NCBI GenBank assembly: GCA_018812625.1
Contig: JAHJDH010000001.1
Location: forward strand, 19,967-83,966
Source of the DNA: Candidatus Micrarchaeota archaeon
Lineage (GTDB): Archaea; Micrarchaeota; Micrarchaeia; Anstonellales; Bilamarchaeaceae
Length of the DNA stretch: 64,000 bases
Direction: 5' to 3'
This document shows, piece by piece, positions 27,444 through 39,400 of the stretch. The position numbers and the translations under genes are program-made. The notes beneath the pieces are model-generated. The model had not been told where the DNA came from. It searched no databases and was given only the letters and a program-made list of their open reading frames with translations. Numbering within the stretch: the first letter of the stretch is position 1; every line of letters starts with the position of its first letter.

Positions 27444-28364
27444 ATGGATATTGATTCGCTTATTTCTGAAATTCACAAATCACAAAATTCTATTCAAGAA
27501 ATTGCAATGCAAATGACTGACAAGGTTTGCAAAGTAGAACCCTCCTCGCTTAATCTTTCTGTTTGTGCAGTTGATTGTGGCCTTCTTGCTCATCGCATGC
27601 ACGGAGTTGATATCACTGTTGCCCGTGCTGCCGGCGTGCATTTTGTATATGAAAATTCCAAGATCAAAACATTTGATCATCATCCAAGCAAAGTTCCAAA
27701 ATCTTCGGTTGAACTTATGAGCGCACTTGATGAACACGAAGCAAATGTTTTTCGCTCTCTTGTTCGGTTAAATCACGAGATTACCTGCGCAAATGAGCTT
27801 GTAGAAAAATACTCTCCAAATATTCTTCTTATTGATGGATCTCTCCTTCCAGTCCCATCAGACATTCCAACTAAAGCTAGCAAACTCTATCCGCTTTATC
27901 AGGAAGTCATCTCTCAATATGAAAAACTTTATTCTTCAAAATGTCTTTTTGCAGGAGTTATCAAAGATTCTCGCGCTCAAAGGTTTTCTGAAAAATGTTC
28001 TGACAGTGTTCTTTGTTATTATCTATTGAAGAGCGGAGAGCGCACAATTGAAATGGATTATTTTGATCCTGGTTCTCCAAAAAAAGATTTGAGCTCACTC
28101 GGATCAAAAATCAAATTCTTTTACATAAAACCTTCCAAGTCTGACATCCCTCTTCGAATTGAAGTTCTTGGAAATGTTGATGAGGCTGCCAAAATCGTCT
28201 ATGCTCTCTCTGCAATCAGCGATCATTTTGCCTATCCTGCAATCCTGATTGAAGCTGACATGTGCGCTGCTCTTGACCCTGTTGAAATAGAATCAATTGA
28301 AGCAACTCTTCAGTCCAAAGCAGGCCTTAGTCCCCTTCGCAGAAATTTTCGGCCATTTAGATAG
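27444..28364 (+). CDS. nurA: DNA double-strand break repair nuclease NurA
   Basis: AVDCG, LIDGSL, GVIKDS, LRIE, YPAILIEAD. Confidence 0.88.
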   Translation: MDIDSLISEIHKSQNSIQEIAMQMTDKVCKVEPSSLNLSVCAVDCGLLAHRMHGVDITVARAAGVHFVYENSKIKTFDHHPSKVPKSSVELMSALDEHEANVFRSLVRLNHEITCANELVEKYSPNILLIDGSLLPVPSDIPTKASKLYPLYQEVISQYEKLYSSKCLFAGVIKDSRAQRFSEKCSDSVLCYYLLKSGERTIEMDYFDPGSPKKDLSSLGSKIKFFYIKPSKSDIPLRIEVLGNVDEAAKIVYALSAISDHFAYPAILIEADMCAALDPVEIESIEATLQSKAGLSPLRRNFRPFR

Positions 28365-28396
28365 GTTTTTCTTATTTTTGCATCAACAATATGCTG

Positions 28397-28660
28397 GGTG
28401 AGGGGCAGGTAGCTTACGCTAGTTTATAGTGAGGAAGTTCTGCCCTCCATGAGGATACAACGGCTTTAAGGGCCGAAGGAATGGTACAGAAACGATACCC
28501 TTTGGGGTTGAAACGAGCATTCCTTTATCCAATGACGGAGCAAGGCCTTTGTGCCGCTCCCAATTGACCGGCAAACCGGTCAATGGGCCCAAAAATCAGT
28601 AATGATTTTTGTGGTAGTCAAATGCTACCTGAACACAAAAGGCAGACTATGTCCCTCACC
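28397..28660 (+). ncRNA. rnpB: Archaeal RNase P RNA
   Basis: P1 GGTGAGGG/CCCTCACC; P2 AGGTAGC/GCTACCT; CR-I GAGGAAGTTCTGCC pairing with CR-V ACAAAAGGCAGAC; ACAGAAAC, TGAAACG and GGAGCAAG conserved segments. Confidence 0.92.
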
Positions 28661-28785
28661 TCTTCTTTTTAGGAAAAAAGAAGCAAAAAACCCGAATGTT
28701 ATAATTTTCAATAGCACCAAAACTTCTTGTAACCTATTGTTATATTTTATAAATATTTGTGTGTATATCTCCTTTGGTTATCCTT

Positions 28786-29280
28786 ATGAGATGCAGAAAA
28801 TTTTTATCACGTTATGAAAGGGCTATCATTGGTACTGCAGGATCACTAGTAATAGCAGGTTTTATGGCCCTGACATTTGCCAAAGTAATGAAAATCAACA
28901 ACACCGAGCCTCTACTAGAAGATTTGCGCTCAGGCAGAGTGACAGTCCAGTGCCTGACATCCAAGAAAAGTGCTGATGCCCTCTCAAAGCATGTGGGCAG
29001 GGATGTTGGCAAGTTTGCAGTTACAAATATCCGTGTCGCTGTAGAGCAGTGCAAGGGTGAGCCTGATCCGAACAGTTGCATTGCAGAAGCAGCTCCACTG
29101 GAAGTTTCCCATGCTCTTAGAAAAACTGCTACTGGGTTTGACAAGTCCAACTTAAGATTTACTCGTTTTATCCAGCAGACTCATTCTAGTTGGTCTACTG
29201 AGGATGATGCAGTGATGTCTGTTTTTGGTGAGCAGGCAATAGATGGCATTGATGCTATGCGAAAAGCCTGCAAGAACTAG
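28786..29280 (+). CDS. Orphan membrane-anchored protein with Cys-containing ectodomain
   Basis: Basic N-terminus MRCRKFLSRYER, TM AIIGTAGSLVIAGFMALTF, TTTATAAA upstream. Confidence 0.6.
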   Translation: MRCRKFLSRYERAIIGTAGSLVIAGFMALTFAKVMKINNTEPLLEDLRSGRVTVQCLTSKKSADALSKHVGRDVGKFAVTNIRVAVEQCKGEPDPNSCIAEAAPLEVSHALRKTATGFDKSNLRFTRFIQQTHSSWSTEDDAVMSVFGEQAIDGIDAMRKACKN

Positions 29281-29282
29281 AA

Positions 29283-30605
29283 TCAAACACTCATATTGCC
29301 TGGAAGCCCGCCGCCTTTCATCATTTTTTCCATTTTCTTTCTAAAGCCGCGGTTCTTCTTGAACATATTCATCATTTTTTCCATTTTTTCAAATTGAGAC
29401 AAAAATTCACGAACTTCTTTTTCTTCACATCCACTTCCCTTTGCAATTCTTGAAATTCTTGTCTGATTGTTTTTGAGCAGGACAGCATCTTTCTTTTCAG
29501 CCTTTGTCATGGAATTGATCATTGATTCGAATTTTGTAAGTTTCCCTTCACTCTGCTGGACAACTTCTTTTGGAACATCAGCTGCTCCAAGCATTGAAAA
29601 CACGTCGCCAAGAGGGCCCATCTTCTTTGCTGCTTTGAGTTGCTCATAAAATGCTTCAATTGTAAGTTTTTCACTTTCAATTTTTTTCATATCTGTTTCT
29701 TTTGAAATCTCCTTGATCTTTTCCATCAAAGCTCCAATATCAGGAACTCCAAGAAGCCTTCCAACAAATTTTTCTGAATTATAAACTTGGAGGTCTCCCA
29801 TTTTTTCTCCAAGGCCAATAAATGCAATTTTTGCGTTTGATGCCCCAACAGAACTGAGCGCCCCGCCTCCTTTTCCAGAACCATCCATCTTAGTAACCAG
29901 AACTCCGGATAGTGGAACAGCTTCATTGAATTCTGTTGCCTGTTTCCCTGCAACCTGCCCGATATCAGCGCTCATCACAAGGAAATTCTCATCTGGTTTT
30001 AGCATATCTGCAACTTCTCTTAATTCTTCAACAAGCTGTCCATCCAGTGCAGATCTTCCAGCCGAATCAACTATTATCACATCTTCCTTTGCCTTTGCAA
30101 GAGCAGTTTCAACTATTTTTGCCGGAACTTTTTCCCCTTTTGTTGTGTAATATGCTGCTCCAACCTTTTTTGAGAGCTGCTCAAGCTGTTCCTGTGCAGC
30201 TGGCCTATCAGTATCTGCTGCAATCAACCCAACACTCAATCCCTTGGTCTTGTAAAAATGGGCAAGCTTTGCGCAGCTGGTTGTTTTTCCAGAACCATAA
30301 AGTCCGCAAATGAGAATTTTGTGTTTGTCTAATCGTGGCTGGTATGTTTCTCCCATTAGGTTGACTAATTCCTCGTAGACAATCTTAGTTACGTGTTCTT
30401 TGAGAGATAATGCCTCGAGTTTATCTGTTTTTAGTGTTCTTTCTTCTATTTTCTTTGAAAGTTTCAAAACAAGCTTGACATTTACGTCTGAGGATATCAG
30501 AACTCTTTGCAGGTCTTTTATCAGTGCTTTTACATCTGCTTCGTCCACATATGGGCGATTTGTAAGCTTTGAAAGCGCCTGGCGTAGTTTTTTTCCTAAA
30601 TCCAT
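29283..30605 (-). CDS. srp54: Signal recognition particle protein SRP54
   Basis: GLYGSGKTT, DTDRPAA, DSAGR, TKMDG, Met-rich M domain with SMT..E and RIAKGSG. Confidence 0.97.
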   Translation of the reverse strand: MDLGKKLRQALSKLTNRPYVDEADVKALIKDLQRVLISSDVNVKLVLKLSKKIEERTLKTDKLEALSLKEHVTKIVYEELVNLMGETYQPRLDKHKILICGLYGSGKTTSCAKLAHFYKTKGLSVGLIAADTDRPAAQEQLEQLSKKVGAAYYTTKGEKVPAKIVETALAKAKEDVIIVDSAGRSALDGQLVEELREVADMLKPDENFLVMSADIGQVAGKQATEFNEAVPLSGVLVTKMDGSGKGGGALSSVGASNAKIAFIGLGEKMGDLQVYNSEKFVGRLLGVPDIGALMEKIKEISKETDMKKIESEKLTIEAFYEQLKAAKKMGPLGDVFSMLGAADVPKEVVQQSEGKLTKFESMINSMTKAEKKDAVLLKNNQTRISRIAKGSGCEEKEVREFLSQFEKMEKMMNMFKKNRGFRKKMEKMMKGGGLPGNMSV

Positions 30606-30819
30606 AATTATCCTCTATTAAAATTCAATATATTTAGCCTTCTTTCACCTCTTAAAGCTTTGCCTTATGGCTTTTTTCAGCTGTGCAAACAATCTGCTGA
30701 TTTTTCACATCTTCGTTAGTTTTAAAAGCATTTGGCTACGAATGAATCTTACGATAGGAATTCTATCAAAACTAATTATCGAGAAATATTTGATATAGTT
30801 GTTAAACTAAGGTGAAAAT

Positions 30820-32463
30820 ATGAGTAGACAAGTAAGTGGAGAACAAACGGTTGTTCTACCAGAAGGAGCCCAGAGGATTTTAGGAAGAGATGCAATGCGA
30901 ATTAACATTGCAATTGGATATGCTGTTGCAAATATCGTCAAGACTACGCTAGGTCCAAAGGGAATGGACAAAATGCTTGTTTCTGATCTTGGAGATATAG
31001 TCATTACAAATGACGGTGCAACAATCCTCGAAGAAATGAATGTTGATCATCCAGCAGCAAAATTAATGGTTGAAATCGCAAAAACCCAGGATAAGGAAGT
31101 TGGTGATGGAACTACAACCTCTGTTGTAATTGCAGGAAATCTCCTCAAAAAAGCAGGAGAACTTTTGGACCAGGGTATCCATCCAACAGTAATTATCAAA
31201 GGCTACGAGCTTGCCTCAGCCAAAGCAGATGAGGTTCTTGAGTCCTGCGCAGAAACAGTCAGTCCGGATGATGCAGAGACTCTAAAGAAAATTTCCCTTG
31301 TTGCTATGGGCTCCAAGGGAATCGGCTCTGATGCTGAAAAAGAAAAGATTGCAGGAATAGTTTCTGGTGCTGTAATGCAGGTTTCATCTGAGAAAAACGG
31401 CAAATATGAAGTTGATCTTGATCTGATAAAAATCGAGAAAAAAGCAGGCGGACACGTTATGGACACAAATCTTGTCAATGGTGTTGTTATTGACAAGGAA
31501 GTTGTTCACAGCGGAATGCCAAAAACAATAACCGATGCAAAGATAATGCTTCTTGATACTGCACTTGAAATTGAAAAGACAGAGACTGATGCTAAGATTG
31601 AAATCACTTCTCCAGACAAAATGCAGGCATTCCTTGAGCAGGAAGAGAAGATGATGCGGGATATGGCAGAAAAAATCGCAGCAACAGGTGCAAATGTCAT
31701 TTTCTGCCAAAAAGGAATTGATGATTTAGTTCAACATTTCCTCTCAAAAAAAGGCATTGCTGCAGTTCGAAGAGTAAAGAAGAGTGATATGGAAAAACTC
31801 TCAAGAGCAACTGGTGCTGTTATTGCATCAAGCCTTGAAGACCTCAAGGATGTAAAGCTTGGTTTTGCAGGAAATGTCGAAGAGAAAAAAGTTGGCGGCG
31901 AGGCTATGATTTTTGTTGAAAAATGCAAAGATCCAAAGTCAGTTACAATCTTTGTCCGTGGCGGAACTGACCATGTTGTCAGTGAAGTTGAGCGGGCAGT
32001 TGTTGATGCCAGAGGTGCAGTTGCAAGCGCACTTGAAGATGGAAAATACGTCGTTGGCGGTGGAAGCGTTGAGATGGAACTCAACAGAGAACTTCATTCA
32101 TACGCAGTTGAAATCGGCGGCAGAGAACAGCTTGCAATCCAATCATTTGCAGATGCACTTGAATGCATTCCACGAGCACTTTCAGAAAATGCAGGTATGG
32201 ATGTAATAGATACTTTGGTTACCCTCAAGAACAAGCACAAGGAGAATGGTGGTAAAACATTTGGTGTTGATGTACTTGCAGGAAAGGTTTCTGATCTCAA
32301 AACACAAGGTATCTATGAGCCATTGAGAGTGAAATCCCAGGCAATATCTTCTGCAACTGAAACTGCCAGACTCGTCCTTAGAATTGATGATATCATCAGC
32401 TCCAGAGGAGGCGGAGGCGGTGGAGGAATGCCACCAGGCGGTATGCCACCAATGGATATGTAG
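30820..32463 (+). CDS. ths: Thermosome subunit (group II chaperonin)
   Basis: [27 protein letters not shown] tail. Confidence 0.98.
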   Translation: MSRQVSGEQTVVLPEGAQRILGRDAMRINIAIGYAVANIVKTTLGPKGMDKMLVSDLGDIVITNDGATILEEMNVDHPAAKLMVEIAKTQDKEVGDGTTTSVVIAGNLLKKAGELLDQGIHPTVIIKGYELASAKADEVLESCAETVSPDDAETLKKISLVAMGSKGIGSDAEKEKIAGIVSGAVMQVSSEKNGKYEVDLDLIKIEKKAGGHVMDTNLVNGVVIDKEVVHSGMPKTITDAKIMLLDTALEIEKTETDAKIEITSPDKMQAFLEQEEKMMRDMAEKIAATGANVIFCQKGIDDLVQHFLSKKGIAAVRRVKKSDMEKLSRATGAVIASSLEDLKDVKLGFAGNVEEKKVGGEAMIFVEKCKDPKSVTIFVRGGTDHVVSEVERAVVDARGAVASALEDGKYVVGGGSVEMELNRELHSYAVEIGGREQLAIQSFADALECIPRALSENAGMDVIDTLVTLKNKHKENGGKTFGVDVLAGKVSDLKTQGIYEPLRVKSQAISSATETARLVLRIDDIISSRGGGGGGGMPPGGMPPMDM

Positions 32464-32493
32464 TCTTTTATTCTTTTTTTTCTATTTCTATTT

Positions 32494-32769
32494 ATGGATT
32501 CAAGAATTCACATTCATGTTTTTGGAATTGTTCAAGGCGTCTTTTTTCGAGCAAATACTTTTGATATGGCAACTGATCTAGGTCTTTTTGGATATGTGTT
32601 AAATCTTTCAGATGGTTCTCTTGAAATAGTTGCAGAAGGGGAAAAGGAAAAACTCGAAGAGCTACTCAACTGGGCTTCTCACGGTCCATCTGAAGCTGTG
32701 GTTTCAAAAATAGATCATTCCTGGCATGATTCAAAAAAAGAATTTAAAAAATTTGAAATAAGAAACTAA
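32494..32769 (+). CDS. acyP: Acylphosphatase
   Basis: GIVQGVFFR, GYVLNLSDGSLE. Confidence 0.95.
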   Translation: MDSRIHIHVFGIVQGVFFRANTFDMATDLGLFGYVLNLSDGSLEIVAEGEKEKLEELLNWASHGPSEAVVSKIDHSWHDSKKEFKKFEIRN

Positions 32770-33152
32770 TATCTCTCACTTTTCACGCTTCCCCTTCTTC
32801 TTGGAGATGAGTGATCCCTGCCTACTTTGATTTTCCTGAGCCTTGTAATAGTTTCCTCAAGCTCCTCAATCTTTATTGCATCGCCATAATGTATTTTCGC
32901 CTCATCTGGGATTTCAATAAATCCCTTTTCATCAAAACACAGAAGATCTCCACTATCTCCAATAATTGAATCAAGAAGATAAACCATTGCAGATACTTTG
33001 ACTCCTGCATTTTTTGGCAGTTTTACAAGACTCATGTCTGCACTCTTTGCAACAACATTTAGGATTTCCTGCAGCTCTTCAATTTCCTCGTCGTTAAAGT
33101 CATTTTCTTTTAGCCATTCTATTGCTGATTCTCGAAATAAATATCCGCTCAT
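32766..33152 (-). CDS. Hypothetical protein
   Basis: ORF with SD AGGTGG before ATG 33152; no recognised motif. Confidence 0.55.
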   Translation of the reverse strand: MSGYLFRESAIEWLKENDFNDEEIEELQEILNVVAKSADMSLVKLPKNAGVKVSAMVYLLDSIIGDSGDLLCFDEKGFIEIPDEAKIHYGDAIKIEELEETITRLRKIKVGRDHSSPRRRGSVKSERY

Positions 33153-33188
33153 GTTATCCACCTGTAATATACTTACAACAATTATTTT

Positions 33189-34586
33189 TTATTTGCTCTT
33201 TGCAAGCTTTTCAAAAGCTTCTGTAACAAGTCTTACTCCAATTCCACTGGCTCCCTTTCCAAGGTATCCATGTTCTGTACTTATTGCATCAACAGCAGCA
33301 ATGTCCAGATGCGCCCATTTGGTATCTCCTACAAATTCCTTGAGAAACGCTGCTGCTGTAATTGATCCTGCTTCTGGCAGCTCTGAAATATTTTTCAAGT
33401 CTGCAATGCCAGATTCCATCATTTTTCCATATTCGGGCCAGAGTGGCAATCTCCATACTCTCTCATGCGTTTCTTCACCTGCCTCAATCAATATCTGGGC
33501 AAGTTTATCATTATCGCTAAACATACCGATTGCATGCCTGCCCAGACAAACAATCATTGCTCCGGTTAAAGTTGCCATATCGATCATATATTCTGGTTTT
33601 TGAGTAGCGGCATAGGCGAGTGCATCTGCAAGAACAAGCCTTCCTTCAGCATCTGTATTGAGAACCTCAATTGTTTTTCCATTATACGCCCTGATAATAT
33701 CCCCTGGCTTTTGAGCCTTTGATCCAGGAGTATTTTCAGCAAGTGGCATTAGGCCCATAAGTCTGATTGGAAGTTTCAGTTCTGCTACTGCCTTGAAAAC
33801 CCCAAGCACATTAATTGCACCTGTTTTGTCATATTTCATCTCATGCATTCCCTTGGATGGTTTGATGCTGATTCCTCCACTGTCAAAAGTAATTCCCTTT
33901 CCAACAACACAAAAGAGCGGATATCTGGATCCTGCATTGTATTCCAGCTTTACCAAAACAGGGGGAACTGCGCTTCCCTGACCTACTGCAAGAATTGCGT
34001 TCATTCCCATTTTTTTCATTGCTTTTGTGTCAAATACTGTGACCTTCAGCTTCTTTTCCTTTGCCAATTTAAGCGCAGCATTTGCTATCATTTGTGGAGT
34101 TGCTATGTTTGCCGGCTCTTCATCAAGCGCTCTTGCATAGTTTTGCGCACTGGCGAGTATTCCTCCTTTTCCAAGAGCTTCTGTTAAATTTTTTGTTGTG
34201 ACCAGATGTATTTTTGCTACTTCAAAATTTTCTTTTTTTGTTTTGTATTTATCGAATTTATGTCCTGCCAAAATTGCTCCTTCTGCTATTGCTTCTGCTG
34301 ATTTTTCATCTGCTTTTGGATAATATATGGAAATTTCTTTTTCTTTGATTTTTTCTGCATATCTTACACACGTTCCTGCAGCAATCCTGAAATCATCTCC
34401 TCTCATTTTCTTTCCAAGTCCAACAAGAAGAATGTTCTTCTTTCCACTACTTAGCGAGAAGCTCTGTCCCTCATTTCCCTCAAACTTTACATCATGCAAA
34501 ACAAGTTCTTTTGGCGGAGGTTCTCCTTCTGCGAGTAAAATACAAATAAGATTTCCTGATACTGCATTTTTGTAATCGATTTTCAT
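33189..34586 (-). CDS. pepA: Leucyl aminopeptidase (M17)
   Basis: VGKGITFDSGGISIKP, MKYD, NTDAEGRLVLAD, ATLTG, WAHLDIA. Confidence 0.96.
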   Translation of the reverse strand: MKIDYKNAVSGNLICILLAEGEPPPKELVLHDVKFEGNEGQSFSLSSGKKNILLVGLGKKMRGDDFRIAAGTCVRYAEKIKEKEISIYYPKADEKSAEAIAEGAILAGHKFDKYKTKKENFEVAKIHLVTTKNLTEALGKGGILASAQNYARALDEEPANIATPQMIANAALKLAKEKKLKVTVFDTKAMKKMGMNAILAVGQGSAVPPVLVKLEYNAGSRYPLFCVVGKGITFDSGGISIKPSKGMHEMKYDKTGAINVLGVFKAVAELKLPIRLMGLMPLAENTPGSKAQKPGDIIRAYNGKTIEVLNTDAEGRLVLADALAYAATQKPEYMIDMATLTGAMIVCLGRHAIGMFSDNDKLAQILIEAGEETHERVWRLPLWPEYGKMMESGIADLKNISELPEAGSITAAAFLKEFVGDTKWAHLDIAAVDAISTEHGYLGKGASGIGVRLVTEAFEKLAKSK

Positions 34587-34622
34587 GAACCAACTAATCC
34601 TCTTCAGATTAAAAAATATTGC

Positions 34623-36341
34623 TCATCGCTGGAGATGGAACATTTGCTCAATTTCGTGGCTTGTTGTAATCTCTTTTATCGTTTTGTCATCTCTGAGCTT
34701 TACGAGTCTTGGAAACCGAAGTGCAAAACCTTTGTCGTTTTTCTGCGCGCAGCTATGTACTGATGAAATTGTAATATCATCAAACGCAACTTCAACTACA
34801 TACTTTGGCTCAACCCAGAAATCCGGCACAAGCCGATAGTCCAGATTAGTTGGTGGTTTTTCTGTTTTTATTTCATCGAGCATTTCTTTCAGTTGCTTCA
34901 TCTCATCTTCAGAAAATCCAGATCCGATCTTGGCAACTGTTTCAAGTTTTCCATTGTCTGGATTATATGTTGCAATTAAAAGTCCCCCAAATTCAAATTC
35001 TGCCCGGGATCCATGTCCCCTATAGTAGCCAATAACAACTCCATCAACAGTATCAACTGCCTTTCCATATGATTTCTTGAGCTTTATCCAGGCAAATTTG
35101 CGCTTTCCTGCAGTATAGTGCGCTTTCAAATCCTTTGCCATGATACCTTCAAGTCCTTCTGAAATGGATTTGTCAAATATTTTTTCGAGAGTTTTTGCAG
35201 TTGCAACTACTTTGCTTTTGCTTGGCTTGAGGATCTTTCCCTTGAAAAGTTTTTTGATAATGTCTCTTCTTTCACTGTATTTCCTTTCTGTTAAATCCTC
35301 TCCATCAAGATATAAAATATCAAATACGAAAAGGTTTAGCGGGAAATCCGTTGATGCTTTTTCAATTCCATGTTTTCTTCTTCTGTGCATTGTTTGCTGG
35401 AATGAAAAATATCTCTTCTTTTTCGTGTTGTATGCAAGCGCTTCTCCTTCAAAAATGAGTTCATTTGCCTTAATTTTTCTCACAGCTGCAACAACATCGG
35501 GAAACATGTATGTCATTTTTTCCAGTTTTCTTGAATACAGCTCAACCTGGTCTCCTTTTTTATGGCACTGGAGCCTAAAGCCATCATATTTCATCTCAAC
35601 TCCGCATTTTCCAAGTTTTTCAATTATTTGCTTTGGAGTGCTAAGCCGCTCTGCCAGCGCAGGCATCAATGGTTTGAATGGCTGTACTTTGAATTTTTCA
35701 ATATTTTTTGGATCTATGTAGAACAATTTTGCAACTAGCCCCATATCAGCAGAAACATTGTATGCATGCTCTAGTGATTCCCGAAGAGATTTATCTCCAG
35801 CATGGGCAACTGAGACTGCATCCAGGATTGTAGGATCTCCAACTCCAAGCCTTAGTCTCCCAAGCACAAATCGAACAATAAATCTTGCTTCTATTGGTGA
35901 GGCATTGTTGAGAAGTTCTGTGAGCTGTTTGATTTTCTGCTCCTGGCTTCCACTTCCGCTTGAAATGGATATCCTCATCATGGCATCATAAACATACAAA
36001 AGATCCATCTCGCTTGTGAAAAGAGCAGTTTGTTTTCTTTTCTCAAGAAGCGCCTCTGCAGTATCTCCAAGGTCTCCGCTTTTTTCATAATTTCGATCTA
36101 CCTGGGCAACTGTATATCCTGAAGTAGATGCAATAGCCTCAACTGCAAACCTCTCACCAAGTCCAAGGTCAATTCCTTCGTATGGCGGTGCAATTATCCC
36201 CTGGATAAAATAAACTAATTTTTCAATTTCCTCATTGCCTGTTTTTTTGAAGAGTTCTGCCAGGATGTCTGTCATCTCAAGCCTGCCGCTGCGCTGCTCA
36301 AGCTTGTCAAAGACCGCAGCAACATCAGCAAAAAGGAGCAT
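34623..36341 (-). CDS. lig: ATP-dependent DNA ligase
   Basis: EMKYDGFR, EGE, FDIL, EGIMAK, WIKLK, LRFPR. Confidence 0.97.
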   Translation of the reverse strand: MLLFADVAAVFDKLEQRSGRLEMTDILAELFKKTGNEEIEKLVYFIQGIIAPPYEGIDLGLGERFAVEAIASTSGYTVAQVDRNYEKSGDLGDTAEALLEKRKQTALFTSEMDLLYVYDAMMRISISSGSGSQEQKIKQLTELLNNASPIEARFIVRFVLGRLRLGVGDPTILDAVSVAHAGDKSLRESLEHAYNVSADMGLVAKLFYIDPKNIEKFKVQPFKPLMPALAERLSTPKQIIEKLGKCGVEMKYDGFRLQCHKKGDQVELYSRKLEKMTYMFPDVVAAVRKIKANELIFEGEALAYNTKKKRYFSFQQTMHRRRKHGIEKASTDFPLNLFVFDILYLDGEDLTERKYSERRDIIKKLFKGKILKPSKSKVVATAKTLEKIFDKSISEGLEGIMAKDLKAHYTAGKRKFAWIKLKKSYGKAVDTVDGVVIGYYRGHGSRAEFEFGGLLIATYNPDNGKLETVAKIGSGFSEDEMKQLKEMLDEIKTEKPPTNLDYRLVPDFWVEPKYVVEVAFDDITISSVHSCAQKNDKGFALRFPRLVKLRDDKTIKEITTSHEIEQMFHLQR

Positions 36342-36482
36342 ATACAGAGCTTGCATGCTAGAAATTTAATTGCTTGCTTGTTTCTAATTTCTGTGAAAAT
36401 ATCCAATTCTAACTATCATTTTCGTTGTTTTACTCCACAAAGTATATAAAATTTGTATATGACTAACAGACCTGTGAATACC

Positions 36483-39400
36483 ATGAAGGTTTTTCAGGCT
36501 TTAGTTTTACTGATATTATTGAGTGGATTTTCTTTTGCTGCGCCCGTTCCTCCCGGGGATATTTCATTTTGTCTTCAGATTGTGAATCCTGGTACGTATA
36601 CATTAACTACAGATCTTGTTGATGGTCTTATTGCTCTTGACAGCGGGGAGAATGGATGTTATTGGATAAACACATCTAATGTTGTGCTTGATTGCCAGGG
36701 GCATTCAATAACTTCTACAAATGGAACCTCAGTTGGTATCTATACCAATCAGGCTTTGGACAATGTTACTGTCAAGAACTGCGAAATAAACGGCTTTGCA
36801 TATGCTATTAACATGCAGGGTACACAATCAGGCAATCTCACTGGCTTGAACATCCTCAACAACACTCTCAATAGTACAGATGTTGATATGACAGTATATC
36901 GCGTAGATGGAGCTATTGTGGACGGAAACACAGCAGATCCAACACTTGACTTTCTCATGGTATCAAACTCATTAATCAGCAACAACTTCGTGAGCAGCAC
37001 TGGATCCTCAGGTCTCAATCTTCGTGGAGAATCTGCGTCTATGCTCAGCAGTAACAATACTCTATTGAACAACACTGTTCTCGGAGTTGGAAAACACGGT
37101 TTCCATATTGATTATGCAACTGATAATCTTTTCATAAACAATACAGCAGCAGAAAATGGGGGTGCGGGGTTCTTTGTTAGTGATACTTCTCCTGACAATA
37201 CTTTCATAGGAAACAATGCAAGCAATAACTGCATTGCTAATATTTACACTGCCGGCTTTGATATCAATTCTATTCGTAACCTGCTCATCAACAACACTGC
37301 ATACAACAACAGCAACGGAATATACCTTTCTGATGATAATAATAATCTGAGCAGCAATCATATTTACTACAACTACCTTGGTCTTAATCTTGATCAGATG
37401 TCTGATTCTAATCTAGTTGTAGACAACCTGATTGAGGAAAATGAGTATGCTGATCTTCTCGTAGCAGGGGATCCAAGAACACTTGAATTTGATATTTCCG
37501 GATGCAGCAATACAATTGAGAACAATACTGGCTCTGGTGGAAGACCAATTCTTTATTCTGAGGATCCTGTCAACTTGGTCGGTGGCATCTATTCAGAAAT
37601 CATACTTTGTGATGCTGATAACTCTGTTCTGGATGGAGTAACTGTTGATGGTTCTGATGCCTTTGACAACAATGCTCTTGCACTCTTCTTTACTGACAAT
37701 GCAGTAATCAACAATTCACAGTCAAACAACAATGCAATGGGGGTTTGGCTCTATGGTTCTGAGATGGTTCTTATCAATAACACTGATACAAATGAGAATG
37801 CCATAGCAGGTCTTTTCTTCACTCTATCCAGAACTATTTTCGTTAATCAACACCTTGCTCGTGGCAATAGTGGTTCAGTTCCAGATCTCTTTGGGGGAGA
37901 AGCTGGTTTCCTTGGTATGCTTCCTCTTGGAGCAGGTGTTATTGAGATAAGTGCTCTTCCATTTGGACGAGGGATGGACATGGGAGGCTCTACCTTTTTT
38001 GAGTTTACATATTACAACGACTCACAATTCTATGACAACGATCTTGGCTTTATGTTAATGTTCACTCCAAACGTGACAATCAACAATTCCAAAATATATG
38101 ACAATAATCTCTTTGGAATAATGGATATGTCTGGCGGAGTGCCTGGAATGAATGTAGTTAATACTGATCTATACCGCAACGGAAAAGATGTAATGCAATT
38201 CATGTCCTCATCATTTGGTGGTGAGGAAATAGAAGAGCAGCAAATGCCTGAATTTCCAGAAGGACTTATCTGGGCAGAAGTATTTGAGGCAAATTATCTT
38301 CTCGCAAGTATGTTTGGTGGAGAAGTGCCAGAATTAACCTGGCAGCTTGAAAAAGCACGCCATGGAAAAGGAGCTCCTTCAATTGAACTATCTCTTATAG
38401 ACAATGCAGAGGCAATCTACATAACCAGCGAGACAATACTTGGATCAACTGATAGTATTGAGTACTTTGATGGTATATACAACAGAACTCTGTTCTTTAA
38501 TTTCACTAAACCAGAGAATAAATCTTCGGTGAATAGCAAGCATTTTATCATTATGGTAATGACAGATCAGAAAGCCCCGATGATAGAAGAGTTTGCTGTC
38601 TCATGGATAGATTCAGAAGTTCTAGGATATGATCCTGCTACAATGGGATTGTATTACCTCAATGTAACTGAAATAATCCGTCCAAAATCTGTTGAACCAA
38701 CCAATATTACAATAGTAGCTGACTGGGTTCCTGTTGAAGATCAGGTGCTTGAGCCTAATTGGATTTATGTCGAGAATGGTCTTCCAACTCCTCAGAACCA
38801 ACTCCTTCAGAATTTGTTCCCAACAATACCAGACTTTGAACTTTACGAAGGAATCTACGGATTATTCGCAGTACCTGTTCCTATTGATGGGTCTAATGAT
38901 GATGGTGGAGCAGAGCAATTCTCTGTATCTGTCAAATCCGAATGTGATGGTACAACTGTTACTGTTACTGATGGTGGGGAGCCAGTGAGTGGCGCTAAGG
39001 TATTGGTATCAAACGCACAATCTCTCACCTCACTTTCAGTTGGAACAACTAATGGGGATGGCAAGTTCACTTTTGATGAATGTGGTATGACTGTCAAAAT
39101 ATATGTGAACAAGAATGGATATTCTCCTGTCTCACTTTCAAAGAGCATTTCCTGCTGTGAAGATGGAGAACCGCAGCCAGAACCTGAGCCGGAACCCGAG
39201 CCGGAACCTGAACCGCAGCCTGAAGCCGAACTGCAGCCAGAGCCAGAAGATGAAGATGATTTGCCCGAATGCCCTGGAGAATGCGGTCCAGATGCAAACT
39301 GTGATGCATGCTCAACAGGCTATACATGTGTTGATTACTCATGCGAGAAAAACGATGTTTCAGGAGAAGATGGATTCGTTGGCGACTCCAAAAAGGTGAA

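Noticed and set aside
28551..28817. Track ORF of 88 aa
   Set aside because: Overlaps the RNase P RNA
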